Shown here piece after piece: positions 33,599-46,340 of a stretch of 64,000 nucleotides of DNA (its first letter is position 1; each line of letters begins with the position of its first letter). The notes under the pieces were generated by a model, which saw nothing but the letters and a program-made list of their open reading frames with translations, had not been told where the DNA came from and did not search any database. Origin of the DNA: Flectonema sp. DT1601 (taxonomy: Eukaryota); the NCBI GenBank assembly GCA_964019425.1, contig OZ025787.1, positions 1-64,000 of the forward strand, written 5' to 3'. The translations under genes and the position numbers were made by a program.

Positions 33599-34714
33599 GT
33601 GGATTGTTGGGGTTGCTATTTGCTTGTTTTATTCAACCAAAAGCAAAACAACTGGACTCGATTCAGAAGTGGGTTTCGATTTATTTTTATTTTATTGTTG
33701 AAGTAATTTCTTTGTGCTAAAAAAAAAAAAAAAAAAAAAAACAAGCAGCACAAGGAGAAATGCTGGTCTCACACGTATGTATTTGTTCCCGAAAGTTGAA
33801 AACGGAGTAGAAATAAATAGTCAACAGAATCAAAGTCTAATTTATGACCTGGATTAGGATTCCAGAATATTAGACTTTCATTGCGTCGTTGTGGGCTGAA
33901 AACAAACAACACAACACAAAGGTGTTATTTGTTTAAACATATTGCAAACATAATAATAATAAGATTCGAAGACTTGTTATTTTTTTTATTTCCATTCTTT
34001 TTTAAAATTAAAAAAAAAAAAGAATCCCGCGTGATATTCTGATTGAACGCAATCTCAAACTCTCCTGTTGTGCCTCACAAGTGAAGCACAAGGATTAAGA
34101 TATAAAATCACGCATCGCATCAGAAAGTAAAATCGTTACAAAGTATTACAGAAATGGTGACCCCGGCAATCTGAAAGTTCCCAAATCTAAAATCCGAAAT
34201 GCCGTAAGGTATCGAGTTGACGAGTCAAACAAAGAATAACCTTCTCAGAATGCATAAAAAGTTCTAGTTAAGTAATCACGTGAAGTCACATGAAAAAAAA
34301 AAAAAAAAAAAGTTATAAGTTTTGTTCTCAGAAATGAAAGAGACAAGAAAGACTGTATGAGGGGTTCAGATTCAGAAGAGTATTGCCGTAATAGTGTCTG
34401 ACTTACACTCATCTGAATACGGTACTTACCATTTGTTACATTCCATTTCATGATTGAGTTGATTGAATTCGCTGGTTTATAAACGTCGGAAAGACGAACT
34501 CCAGCAATTCCTACTCTCGGAATACAATGTTTAACGATAAGTTAATAATTGAAAGAAACTGCTACTGCTAAGGACTGGACTTTAACTAGAAAGTTGTTAT
34601 TCTTCCCCAGGAGTCTGGTGACCAATTAGGACTTGAGTCTCATGAAGTTGGTCAACTCCTCACATTTGCTGAGGCAAAGTGAATCTGTGGATCAGAGAGA
34701 ACAAAAAGCGTTAC

Positions 34715-35464
34715 CTAACAGTTTTGAAGGGTAATGTTTTGTGATCCAGCAAACATGTGATGCTGCCAGTTAAGTCCAACCTGACCAACACCCAAAGAGT
34801 ACGCGACATTTATCATCATTCCCTTAAACAGTGGCATGTCGTATGAACTGTTGGTCTGCAGATCACGGAAGTAACGGGCAAAAATTAAATTTCCAACAAT
34901 AAGTTGGTCCTGTACTACGATCGATGGAAGTGGAGCACGGGCAGGTGGACCAGGTTGGGTTGTAATAACCATGTCTTGAACACCTCTTCTGTCGAAAGCG
35001 ACGACATCAATTCCATACATGTGGCCAATTGATGAGTTGTGAACATTTCTAAATCCAACAGCACCGTAGCCTGATGATGTTGTAGAGGCACTAATACGAA
35101 TGGCTGGCTTGTTGTTTGGTGAAGAAGTCCCTAATTCGTAAGTGATGTTCATATCACCATTTGGGGCTGCAACTACGTTAAATGGACCGCAAGTTGGAGT
35201 GAAGACGCGGAGGTTAGTTTCCGTAGGTTGCGGAGTAGGAATAACAGTTGTGTTCGTTGGAGAAGCCGTGGCTAAGTTCCCATTCGAATTATCCAAAAGC
35301 CCCAACACGATGACCAACACTGTCAATAATAACACTCCTACTCCTAATCCAATTCCAATCTTCAGATATTTACATTTCTTACTCTTAGGCTCGGCTGCTG
35401 TGAAATCGAATTCGGAGTCTTTGTCGTCAGCGATCTCCATATCAGAGAATCTGTAGTCATCCAT
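34715..35464 (-). CDS. Type II membrane protein with DOMON-like domain (paralog B)
   Basis: C-terminal ~120 aa identical to 29930-30649; N-terminus divergent. Confidence 0.7.
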   Translation of the reverse strand: MDDYRFSDMEIADDKDSEFDFTAAEPKSKKCKYLKIGIGLGVGVLLLTVLVIVLGLLDNSNGNLATASPTNTTVIPTPQPTETNLRVFTPTCGPFNVVAAPNGDMNITYELGTSSPNNKPAIRISASTTSSGYGAVGFRNVHNSSIGHMYGIDVVAFDRRGVQDMVITTQPGPPARAPLPSIVVQDQLIVGNLIFARYFRDLQTNSSYDMPLFKGMMINVAYSLGVGQVGLNWQHHMFAGSQNITLQNC

Positions 35465-36964
35465 CGTTATTGTGTGTAGATTGGGAAACTTAAAGTGAAA
35501 GTACGGTATGGTTTTGAAACACTAACAAACTCGAAACCAAAAATTGAATAAAAATAATACGTATCTCGAATATGTTAAATAATAAGTACAAAGCCAACTT
35601 CACTCCCAACAAGAATGTTGGGAATGAGTCTGCCGAGGGAGTTTTGAAATCTGAGGAAGCATATTCCATTGAAATTGGTAAGTAGTAACTTAGAAACTTC
35701 AATGGGGTTCTCCTCTGCATTAGTACGGAACAGAACAACAACAAAAACAATGGAAACAAAATGGTACCTCTCAGTCTGTTGATAAAAATAACTAGTCCCC
35801 TCTTTTTACAATCTTCAAGCTGCTGCAACGCAATGAAGAAAGTCTTCTCCCTCACACGGTAATAGAAGATGAGCAGCCAACTATCGAATACCACGCCTTG
35901 AGACCACAGGCTACGCTTCCATTTGTGAATCGGTACAACTGATTAAGCTTTACTCTCTTGTTGTTGTTTTAATACTCATAAAGAGAGTCAAGTCATTGTT
36001 CACCAACACTGCGGCAGTAATTGGTTTAATTGAATGACTCGACTCGTTGAGTTGCTGACCACAAAATATGATAATTGAAGAGCAACAAAACAGATTGAAC
36101 ATCTAACGTTGGTCTTATTAAATATTTTGCCCGAGGGATAAAGAGGTTACTTACCTTAAGCGATAATCAATTGTTGCTTAGTGAACAGACTGAGTTATGA
36201 TATTTTAATTTTCTTGTTTTTTTTCTTTATAGCCTTTTCATAATTTCATTTCTGAAGTGTACTCTTCAGGATTGGAGTAGTAGCCACAACATTATTGAGA
36301 TTTTTATTTTATTTATTTTGAAAAGGCAAAAAAGAGGTGTCGATGTCCACATCGACGACTGAATCACAAAAATGAACCAAAAAAAAAGTACAAAGAGAGG
36401 TGTAAATAACTGTTTGGAATAATAAATAGTAAAAATAAAAAAGAAATGAACTTCACTTTTTACTTATTTGTAAGGTACAAATCCTAACAAAGGAATTAGT
36501 CAATTGTGTTTTTACCGAAAAGGTTTGTGGGTGTAAGAAAAAGAAATTCACACCACTAAAAACTAATCTGAATGAAAGAAACCAACTGCTTAGATAGCCT
36601 AAACACGAGCAGTGAATGGTTTCCTATATCAGGTGACAATACATCTCATTCTTGTTCAATAAAATAATAATAAACCAAACAGTGAGGGGAATCTTATTGA
36701 TACTTCGATGTAAAAACAACGAACGTAATTGAAACAAGAAAACCAAACACTTCGGCGAATGTTGGCTGATATAATTCATGAGTGCACCTCGAGAGGAACT
36801 TCTTGAATATGTACGCAAACCCCAGGTAGCTATTTGATAAGAATATGACCTGGTGATAGTAATATTACTTTCTGTTTAGTATTATTGTTATTGTTATCAA
36901 CTGACCTTTCATTGTTGTCAGCTGACTACTAACTTACCAAACTCACAGTTGAGTTTTATCATCA

Positions 36965-38059
36965 CTAAGAGAACTCATCATTTGTTGTAACTTGTGACTG
37001 AGAGAGAGCAGCTGAGTCGACAGACTTAGACGTAGACGGATGGATACTACGAAGCCGCCGCTTCTCTTGAGTTTGCTCAAAGTTGACCATCCAATCAAAA
37101 CGATAATCATGAACAATTCGTTCTTCTACCATAGCCTCAAAGAATAGCTGTCGCAAGGCGTTGTAGTCGGGAGTGCCGTCGTACTTCAGAGATCGAACAG
37201 CACTCAAGTACTCTCTGAAGCAGGGATGGCATCCTTTAAATAAAGTGGTTGGGGAAAATTCCTTTCGCTCGGCTACGCGTAGGAGCTTCGTCCTTTCATC
37301 AACTGCTGTAATCCCCTGCCATGGGACACCTCCTTTTAGAAAATATAACAAAATAAATGCACAGCTCTCCAAGTCATCTCTACGTGACTGTTCTATTCCG
37401 AGATGAGTCCACAGACTACAATACCTCGCAGTTCCAGTCATACCTAACCCATCTCTGTAAGAAGCGTGTACATGACCATTTGTGTAGTACCTCGCTAAAC
37501 CGTAGTCGATAAGAAACAAGTGGTGTCCCCGTTGTTTGGTACCCATGCAAATGTTTTCTGGTTTCAAATCGCGGTGAACAAACCGTCTGGCGTGCAGAGC
37601 TTCCGATCTGTAAATCAGTTGAACGGCGATCATGAGAACTGTTTTTAATGTAAATTTGTAACTACAATATTTAAATAGAAGTTCTAAGTTTGGTCCCAAT
37701 AGGTCCGACACCAAAATATTAAACTCCCCCTCAACTCCGTGGTAGTACATTCGAGGAAACCCGGGTGCTGGGTCTTTCTCGAATGCCATGTAAACCTTTG
37801 CTTCAAATACAAGTCGTGGCATCGTACCTCGTGAGCTTTCAATCTTTACGGCGACATTTCTTTTCAACTCTCTATCGAAACCAATGTACACATCACCAAA
37901 AGCACCTCCGTCTAATCGCTGTAATACTTCAAACCTTCCATTACAAAGAGTTCTCGTACTCACTTCAACTTCTTCCCCAGCTTTTGCTTTTGTAGGGGAA
38001 GCCGACAACATTTTCTTCGCACATTTCTGAACCACCAGAACGGTGCTCGCCGACGGCAT
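36965..38059 (-). CDS. CK1: Casein kinase 1 family kinase
   Basis: GGAFGDVY, VAVKIE, LLGPNLE, HRDLKPEN, IDYGLA, GTARY, EQSRRDDLES. Confidence 0.95.
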   Translation of the reverse strand: MPSASTVLVVQKCAKKMLSASPTKAKAGEEVEVSTRTLCNGRFEVLQRLDGGAFGDVYIGFDRELKRNVAVKIESSRGTMPRLVFEAKVYMAFEKDPAPGFPRMYYHGVEGEFNILVSDLLGPNLELLFKYCSYKFTLKTVLMIAVQLIYRSEALHARRFVHRDLKPENICMGTKQRGHHLFLIDYGLARYYTNGHVHASYRDGLGMTGTARYCSLWTHLGIEQSRRDDLESCAFILLYFLKGGVPWQGITAVDERTKLLRVAERKEFSPTTLFKGCHPCFREYLSAVRSLKYDGTPDYNALRQLFFEAMVEERIVHDYRFDWMVNFEQTQEKRRLRSIHPSTSKSVDSAALSQSQVTTNDEFS

Positions 38060-38901
38060 AACTGAAATGAATGAAATATTTCGTCTGAACTAATGAAAAC
38101 AACAGCTGTCGATAACACGTCTCAATTACTATTTTTTTTTTAGAATCCGCTGGAATGAGGAAGAGATAAAATTATCACTTCAAAGTGGCATCACAATTTC
38201 AATAAATGAAAATTAATATAATATATTTGGTCTCTTTTAAGTTGCGGCATCATCGTATCACATTCAACAGGGAAACAGGGCGGGAGGGAGTGCAGCCAAC
38301 CAGCGAGTTAAATAATAAATGCACTAACAGTCATGTCGGTTTTAAACTGAGGGGTCAGTATTTTAAAAAATAATAATAAAAAAAATTAAAAAAAAAAAAA
38401 AAAAAAACCATTTTCCCGTCTGGTTCTTCAAAAAAAAAAAAAAACCTTTTATCAATAATACGTGTGATAGGTTTGTTACAAAAACTACCAACAGCATGCG
38501 TCTAGTAGTCTGGTTTAGGTTCAAGGGTTTTTCATAAAGATATATTGTCAATAAATAAAGAAATAGGTTAAGATAAAACAATCCCTCACAGACTACAATA
38601 ACAGATAGGGATGTCGACAAGAAGAAAACAAATTGAAGTCGAGTGGATTCCTTCTTCTCGTTTGTTAAAATCGTAAAATAGTAATTAGAATATGAAATAC
38701 AAAACTAAACAGAAGCATCTCAGTTTGCACGTAAGTTATTCACTGTGCGTGTAAAATGTCCGAAGCTGAGGGACACAGGGTTAAAGAATAAATTATGTAG
38801 AGAAATCTGACGAAGACTTACTTGCGAAATGAGATGACAGAAATCCCAAAACACACCACCGCAGGTTAGCTTCTATTGAATCAGAGAGCACAGAAATTAT
38901 T

Positions 38902-41900
38902 TTAATCATCGAGGTCAGCAGCTCCAACAGTTTGGTTCCTAGGGCTAGCAGAGTCGCTAGCTGACGGATAGCGAAACGGAACTACGGAATCCGACTGATC
39001 GTCGCAGTCATCTGTACTGCAGGTGCGGAGTTTGTAGGCGTCAGCGAGCTTGCCGTAGCTTTCACAAGTCCTAAGAAGGTGGTCATGAGTTCCTTTAGCG
39101 ACTATAGTTCCACGAGTGCTGTCTTCAGGATCACCCATGACAACAATTGTATCACAATCTTGAATAAAAGAAAGACTATGAGATATTGTAATCACTGTAA
39201 TGTTATATTCCTTTCGATACCTGTCGAGATTCTGTCTCACTATTTTCTCAGTAGCGGCATCAAGTCCAGCAGTTGGCTCATCGAGTAGCAACACACGGGA
39301 CTTCAGGAGGAGTGCCCGAGCTAGGCCGAGACGCTTTTTTTCGCCTCCACTGACCTTGACTCCGTGACCCATCGTAGTCAACAATTTCTCAGGAAGCCTC
39401 GCAATGAGTGTGTCGATGGCAGCTGTTTTAAGAGCCTCATCAACCTCCGCTCTGCTGGCTTGAGGATTTCTATATTTTATATTATACTGAAGGGACGCAG
39501 ATTCGAATATATGCGGCTCCTGTGTTACAATATTTAGTAACTTCTGTCGGTAATGATCCACTTCGTATTCTCTAATATCTATGTTGTCATAAAGTATACT
39601 ACCAGATTGGACATCATAAACACGTGAGAGAATAGAAAAGAGGGAAGTCTTTCCACATCCAGAGGGGCCGACAATGGCTACGTGTTGTCCGGGTTCTATT
39701 GTGAGGTTTAATTTAAAAAGAACTGGTCGGGGGTTTGATTGGTAGGCGAAAATAACGTCTTTGAATTCGATTCGACCTTGACAAGATTCCTTAGAAGGTT
39801 TTAATGTACCACTTCCTTCAATAGCAGGTTGGTATCCTAATAAGTGAAGTGTTCTACGGGCACCAACAAAGCAATCGTGAACTAAACTCTTGATTTCACT
39901 TTTCATCGTACTCATGCTTGCAGCAGCACTCATTGCTTCTGACTCCAACAACAATAACTTTACACTCAGGCAGCCAATCTCACTTCTGTCATGAACAAAT
40001 AACAGCGATGCGATCATCATCAGAATTCTCGGCAAGTACTGAGAACTGGCATCAATGAAATCGCTAACTAGCGATGGTAAGAACACAAACTCTGACTGCT
40101 TCTTCATCTGCAAATCCCGTGTCGCGAGTGCTATCTGAACGGTTTCAGTTGCTGTTTGATTTTTGTTTCTTGTCACTTTGCTCTATGGTTTGTCTTTAAT
40201 AATTGCCGTTGATAAAATAATAAACAAACCTTTACCAAACAATCTCGTTACGTAAAAGGAATCGGGTTCCCAAACTTCATCAAATTCGATATCAGGAGCG
40301 CCAACGATAGTTCCCCAACTCTCTTGTTCAACAAGTTGTACATTTGATTCAGGGATTGTAACTGTACCGGCTGCGAACTTACATGTTAAGTTCCCATTGC
40401 CATCTGTCACAGTTACTTCACCACCGTCACCTGCTTCTATTGTGATGGAAGCATGCTCTGTGTCTCGGATGTGAATATCATGTCCTCGATATGATATCTG
40501 ACTGCCGACTGCAAACTCCTGAACATCATCTTCCTCTTCAGGAATGTGATCTAAATATTGAGAAGTCCGCGTCTTAATAAAAACTAATAAGTTTGATAAG
40601 ACAACTCCAATCATCGCTGATAAGAAAGTACTCCAACCACAAGTAGCTCGACAAGTTGTGTAAACAATTCTGATTGAACCGATTATTGTACTGAAGTCAA
40701 TTAGCCAACCTCTCGCATACCTCAATAGAAGTCCAATATTACTAACATCACTGTCGAGTGTTGAAAGTAAGTCTTCGACATCATGAGAGTCGAGGAAGAC
40801 TTGATCAGCTTTTGCCATCAGTAAAGAAGATTCTGTTCTCAATATTTGAACAGTTTGAGTTGTTTGTTTTTGATGAATATCTCTCGAAGCTTGTTTCATT
40901 ACATTAACACACGCTGTGTATCCCATCGCAGTACCAGCAATCTGAATTAATTTTATGACATCACTCCATCCTTGAACACCTGCAACATCTTTACAGAACT
41001 GAACATGTAACTCTCTCACAGTTGGTTGAAGAATTCCAGCACCTGCTGACAACAACCACGAAGTCATATTCCAAATCAAATTCTCTTTTTGTAAATAAGA
41101 ACGTTTTAGTAGTTCGTAAAGATTCTTGTAACCCGTTCGATTTCTATTTCGGATGTGCGTATCGAGGAGCTGCACCAATCTGCTGAATTCGTTCCTCAGG
41201 ACGTCGTTCCTGTTGTTGTTAATTAAAGAACTCAATACTTGAGAAGCAGTACGAGATAACCTCATCAACAAACGATCGCATCTTCTGCAAAGATGATAAC
41301 AAACACGTCGGAATCGTTCTTCAGATTTAACAGGAAACCATCTGAAGCCCGTTGAATAACTTCATTATATAAACAAGACAATAATAACATACCGAGGAAC
41401 AGAGAGGATGCAGGATAGAAAACTAAGGTCTCTATCAATATCATCGAGTCCCTTACCAATACAGTAGCGCTCATCATCAGGGGACTTCTCGAAGTCGATG
41501 AGACGCTCAATGAGGTTCTTCGACAACAAGTCTTTCAGCTGATTAATAACTTCAGTAGTTTCACCATAAGCAATCGCTTTACGAAGCATATTCGATACTT
41601 CTGACCAATCCACTCCAACAGAATAACGAAATCCAGTAAGTTCAATTCCCTGTGAAATCATTGTCTGTCTTCTGATTCTTACATTATGTTCTCTCTTTAC
41701 ATAATATGTACCGCAGTCAACGATCAGTTCGTAAGACAAACCAGCTGTAGAGCTCTCGTAGGTAACGCTAACCATCTCATCGCGGTGAAGTTTTAAAGAG
41801 CGATAGATGGCGTTACGAATGTTTTCTTCGCTAGCCCCGCGACGGATTATAAGTTTTCGATCACCAGGAATGATTCCAATCAGTTGAATGGTTTTATGTT

Positions 41901-42276
41901 CCGCAATATCTCCGTCAGTAAATAAATTACTCGCTCTAAATGATTGAGTCAGCACTAAAGGGAGTTCATTCAAATCCAAACTGAGAGATCTCTCACTTGG
42001 AAATCGTTGATTCCTCAGCTGCCCAGGATGTCCCATTCCCTGAAATGGGATCAGTGCTTTCGACTGTCTCGTTTGATGGGCGTTTAGCTCGGCGTCAAAT
42101 TCCGTCAGGTATGCTCTCACATTCCTTTTAAACACCCGCTGTCGCTTCTGCTTTTCTCGTTTTTTCCTCGCATAAAAATCAGAGCAGAACCCACCGAATG
42201 CCGTTGTTGCGATAATCCCTCCCACCACCGTCAGTTTCCATCCCGGCCTCCCGCTATCAGAGGCCGGTTCTGACAT
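38902..42276 (-). CDS. ABCB-like half transporter with long N-terminal extension; introns 41342-41392 and probably 40152-40229
   Basis: Walker A GPSGCGKT, signature VSGGEKKR, LLLDEPT, H-loop ISH. Degenerate TM domain upstream. GT-AG splicing joins three ORFs in frame. Confidence 0.8.
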
Positions 42277-43375
42277 CTTTTGTGGGAGCTCTGGTATGTT
42301 AGAAATAATAATAAAACAACCCAACACAAAACATCTCAAAAAGTAACAGACAGATGTATTCATATTAAGCAGAAGATCTGTCAGTATCATTATTCAGACC
42401 TAAGCGGTAAGATGTCGCGGCAACCAAAACCCTTTTGAGGACTGTTATTCGATCATGAACATGAGGATTATCAGAATTCAGGAGGAGAGAACTGTTAAAA
42501 CAGAAAGCTACTTCGACTACCAGGAGAACTCTTAAAGAGATAATGAGAGACGCGAACACTCTCTCGTTCGTAAAACTAATTGACCAGTCGAAACAAATAA
42601 TTGGGAGTGCCAGGACTTTGTAATGCAGAGATATGAGCGAAAAGTTAATTGAAAACTTCACTCTGTTCTATTCATCACTAGCTGGTCGATAGATCGTTTA
42701 ATTAAAAATAATAATAAAAAACCACAGAAGAATCATCCAACAATGACGTCGATAATCCCTTCCTCAATTGACATCCGAGGAGTTGACGATCGTACTGCTG
42801 TCAACGATCCAATAGAATCGAAGGTCACTAACAGACAGTTTTCTGATGTCACAAGTAGCTCATCACTCAAAAAAAAAAAAAAAAAAAAAACAAAAAAAAA
42901 ACAATAAACAATTGATAGATTTACTTAATTTTTTCTTTAAAAAAAAAAGGGGGGTGAAAAAATAACAACGTTTTTGTTATTTTCTTGTTTGAAAATATTA
43001 TATTGTCGACGGTGATAACAAAATAATATAAATAAAAATAAACGAAAACCTTTTGTCATGTTAGTAATTTTCGAATTATACAAAACATCTGAAGGATAAT
43101 TAATTTCGTCGTCCAAAGAAGACGAAATACTCACTCTGCATCAGGTCAGGTTTTCTTTCAAAAATAATTAGGAGCGGGAAAAAAAAAAAAAATGAGAGAA
43201 ATACGAAATACTTTTGGACAACTAAATAGACTTTTAACAATAGACACACAATACTAACAATCACAAAGTTATGAGCAATTTAAAAAAAAAAAAAAACGGG
43301 AACGAAGTACCTCACTGGCAATCTTAATCCTTTATGGAGACAGATCTCAGTGAGGAACTAACCAACCTGAGGAGG

Positions 43376-44311
43376 TTATGGGTCCGCGTGAGCTTTGTCG
43401 TCATCACTGCTACTGTCTTCAACGTAGTCGCGATCGTTGTGATCGATGAGACGTTGCTTTTCCAGTCGAGTGTATCTAACACACAAAGCAACGATGATAC
43501 TCATACAGGTAAAGGAAACTATTGCTGGAGCGACAATAGTAATCTTTTGACCATCAAGTATTAACAACACAACCAACATAAGTGTCTGCGGTGCCTGAAT
43601 AGCAAGAGACACAACACTAACACTACCAGCAGACTTTATTCTGTAGGTGTGAAGAATTTGAGGAATCCAAGAGACCAGCATTAAACAGCCAGCAAGAATA
43701 TTTAATCCAGTTGCAAAATCTGTTGAGGCTCCGCTATGAGAACCTGTCTCAGACATTACAACAGAAGCAGTTAAAATCACAGCCACCATATAAGTCAATA
43801 CCAATATGAATAAAACATATGTTCTCTTTCTAGTTGCAGGGTTAGCGTATTTGAACTCAGACACATGAACTACTGAAACAGATACTTCAGTTCCGTTGGT
43901 TTCTAACTTTGCGTCGTGAGCTAAGTGTGATTCCTGAAGAAGGTCCTGCGCAAGTTCAAACGGTGGAGTGAAGTAGTACACACACAAAGCACAAAGTGGT
44001 AACAATCCCAAAAAGTACGAAATAATAACCAAACTAGGAGTCAACGATATGTAGCACTCCCCAAACGTCCATTTCCCTTGTCCACAACATTGATATTGCT
44101 GCCAATTCTGAATCACTCCTCCAGTGCTATTTGTAAATGTGGCAAATGTTAATAAGAAAACAGTCGTCATGCTGACTCCCTTCGTATTCTTCTCTCTAAC
44201 TACTTTCACGAGGTATGGGATCGCACCGATTAAAGCAGAATAGATCAATAATGAAGTGATTATCAACTCCACCGTCACATCAGGCTTCTCACAAGCTGAA
44301 GTAGTCGTCAT
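43376..44311 (-). CDS. PQ-loop repeat membrane transporter
   Basis: IPYLVKVVREKNTKGVS and WIPQILHTYRIKSAGSVS repeats with multiple TMs. Start placed at MTTTS. Confidence 0.85.
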   Translation of the reverse strand: MTTTSACEKPDVTVELIITSLLIYSALIGAIPYLVKVVREKNTKGVSMTTVFLLTFATFTNSTGGVIQNWQQYQCCGQGKWTFGECYISLTPSLVIISYFLGLLPLCALCVYYFTPPFELAQDLLQESHLAHDAKLETNGTEVSVSVVHVSEFKYANPATRKRTYVLFILVLTYMVAVILTASVVMSETGSHSGASTDFATGLNILAGCLMLVSWIPQILHTYRIKSAGSVSVVSLAIQAPQTLMLVVLLILDGQKITIVAPAIVSFTCMSIIVALCVRYTRLEKQRLIDHNDRDYVEDSSSDDDKAHADP

Positions 44312-44736
44312 TTCCTCTTTTGTGTGTACTGAATTAGGTAAAGCGTCTTGTAGATTATTATTTAATTCAACTAATGAAATTGATGATGCACTTCGTGCAT
44401 TTATAATCTGAAGGGGTGAACGAATAGTAACTTCCGATACTCGATGACTGTAAGTAATAAACAATAAAATGTTTTTAGTGAATACCACTATCAGGTATTG
44501 GAATTCGAGTCGGTTGACACTCTTGTCGAGACAAGGAGGCAATCAACTGCCTACCTGATGTCCAAACGTAGAACTCCAATTCGAGTCCGTTGACACACTC
44601 GCTCAAAGTGATGGAATGCAAATCGCAGTCATCGGAACAGTCATTTTGACGACTGCCGAACTACTTCTGATGTCGTTTGACATCGGAACCTTCAATCGGT
44701 TCATCACATCAACCAGTCTGCCTACTGTGAGTATGT

Positions 44737-45912
44737 TAATATCTGTACCTGTCGTAGTCTTTCTTATCGTCATCACGACGTCTGTGAGACTTAGCATCTC
44801 GTCTGTTTGGAGTGGATTAATTGATATGAAGATCACAATAGTGTAGTTGAGATTGAAACAACGTCACTAAAATGATTATAACCAAGCATACCGAGCATCC
44901 CTGTCAGTGTTATCAGCCTGCGCCTCCTTCTTTTCACGGTCTGCTTGCTGTTCACGAAATCTGTTTTTGATAATTTCATTATCTAATCCAACATCAGAGA
45001 CTAGACATAATGCTAAAGTAAAAGACATACTGTTTACGCCACTCACGACGTTTGTCTCTCGAGACACGAAGGTCTTTTAACAAAGATCTTATTTGAGTAT
45101 ACCCAAGATGTTGTTTACCAACAAGATGTCTGGCATCTGCTTGTTCATCACCGATACCAATTAGTACACCACACACCTCACACACTCCAAGAACTTTACC
45201 AGTCTGTTATGGTGAAGAAGTTTATTTTATATTTACACAACGAGTAGAATATTACTAAATACCAGATGCATACCTCGAGAGTCTTCTTGTTCTCAATCTC
45301 TTGTGTCTTTGCTTTTGCCTGCTCTTGGAGGGTTTCTATTTTAAGCATCAAGGCCTGTTTTGTTGTAATTTAATAATTCTTTAATTAATAAAAAAGATAT
45401 TCCAAATGAACGAGTCTACATACCTTGGCATCCTCAAATCTAGTTTCTTCATTCAATCGGTCCATCTCTTCGGTGCCTTCTTCGATTTCCTGTTCAATTG
45501 CTTCCTTTTGTGAGACAAGAGCTGGGTCGGGTGGTGGTAGGGCGCCCAGTTGCGCTTCGGAATCTCTTTTTCTTTGTGAGATTTTTCTTTCAATTTCTCT
45601 AACAAGTCCTTCAAGAAAGTCCTGCATGTCATCCTCATATCGATAGGATGCCCTCTCACAATCTGGAATCTTATTAAACTGTTCTCTCATGGCATCACTG
45701 TGTTTTAAGTTGCACACTCCTAAGTCACTTTTCGTATTCGTAAATAACATGTACGGACAGAAACCACATAAATAATATTTACAATAATCTTCATCACTAA
45801 AATGAGTTGTCTTCCTGTTCCTCTCCGACAAAGGTTTGTTTCGATCTTTCCCAAGCAACTCGTCGAGTAGAGCCCGAGTGGCCTTCAAGGCCCCGGCACC
45901 GCCACCTGGCAT
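44737..45912 (-). CDS. LUC7: LUC7-like U1 snRNP-associated splicing factor; introns 45355-45423, 45204-45273, 44961-45030, 44803-44891
   Basis: RALLDELLG, CKYYLCGFCP..FTNTKSDLGVC..H, second finger CEVCG..HLVGKQH, and an R/D-rich tail. 3' end uncertain. Confidence 0.9.
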
Positions 45913-46340
45913 ATTTGGTGGTAATTCAACTGTTAGTGTAATGAGATGATGAATTAAATACTTAATAAAATAATCAAAGCACCACGAAATCAACAAAAGT
46001 GTAAATAGAGCAAACAAATCCCAACTATTGGTTTCAATGAACTTCAGGTAGTTTGCTGGTGACGGATATAATGAAAGAAACATAATCATCGCTCATTAGG
46101 AACTGGGCAGCTAATGATTTACCAAATTGAAACATCTCACAGAAGTGATGTGATGAACTATTCGGAGTAAAGAAATAACAAAACAGATGTTGAATCGCAG
46201 TCAGTTTTATAAAACTGAGTCAGCGAATCAAATAAATAAAAATCGCCCCCCGAAAAGGTAAATAACAAAAAAAAAAAAAAAAAAAAAACAGGAAAAGAAA
46301 GTTCAGCAATCAGAGTGTTGTCAGAAGAGTAGCAGCAGAG

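Noticed and set aside
30961..34451. Short intergenic ORFs rich in F/K
   Set aside because: They derive from poly(A)/poly(T) tracts and show no protein motifs.
40176..40185. Stop-codon readthrough or alternative genetic code at the in-frame TAG in the ABC gene
   Set aside because: A GT..AAACAG intron (40152-40229) removes the TAG in frame, and other genes terminate normally at TAA, TAG and TGA.
44725..44748. 24-nt micro-intron in LUC7
   Set aside because: GT..AG is present, but splicing adds only a few codons before another stop. The unspliced end (DYDRYRY*) is equally plausible.
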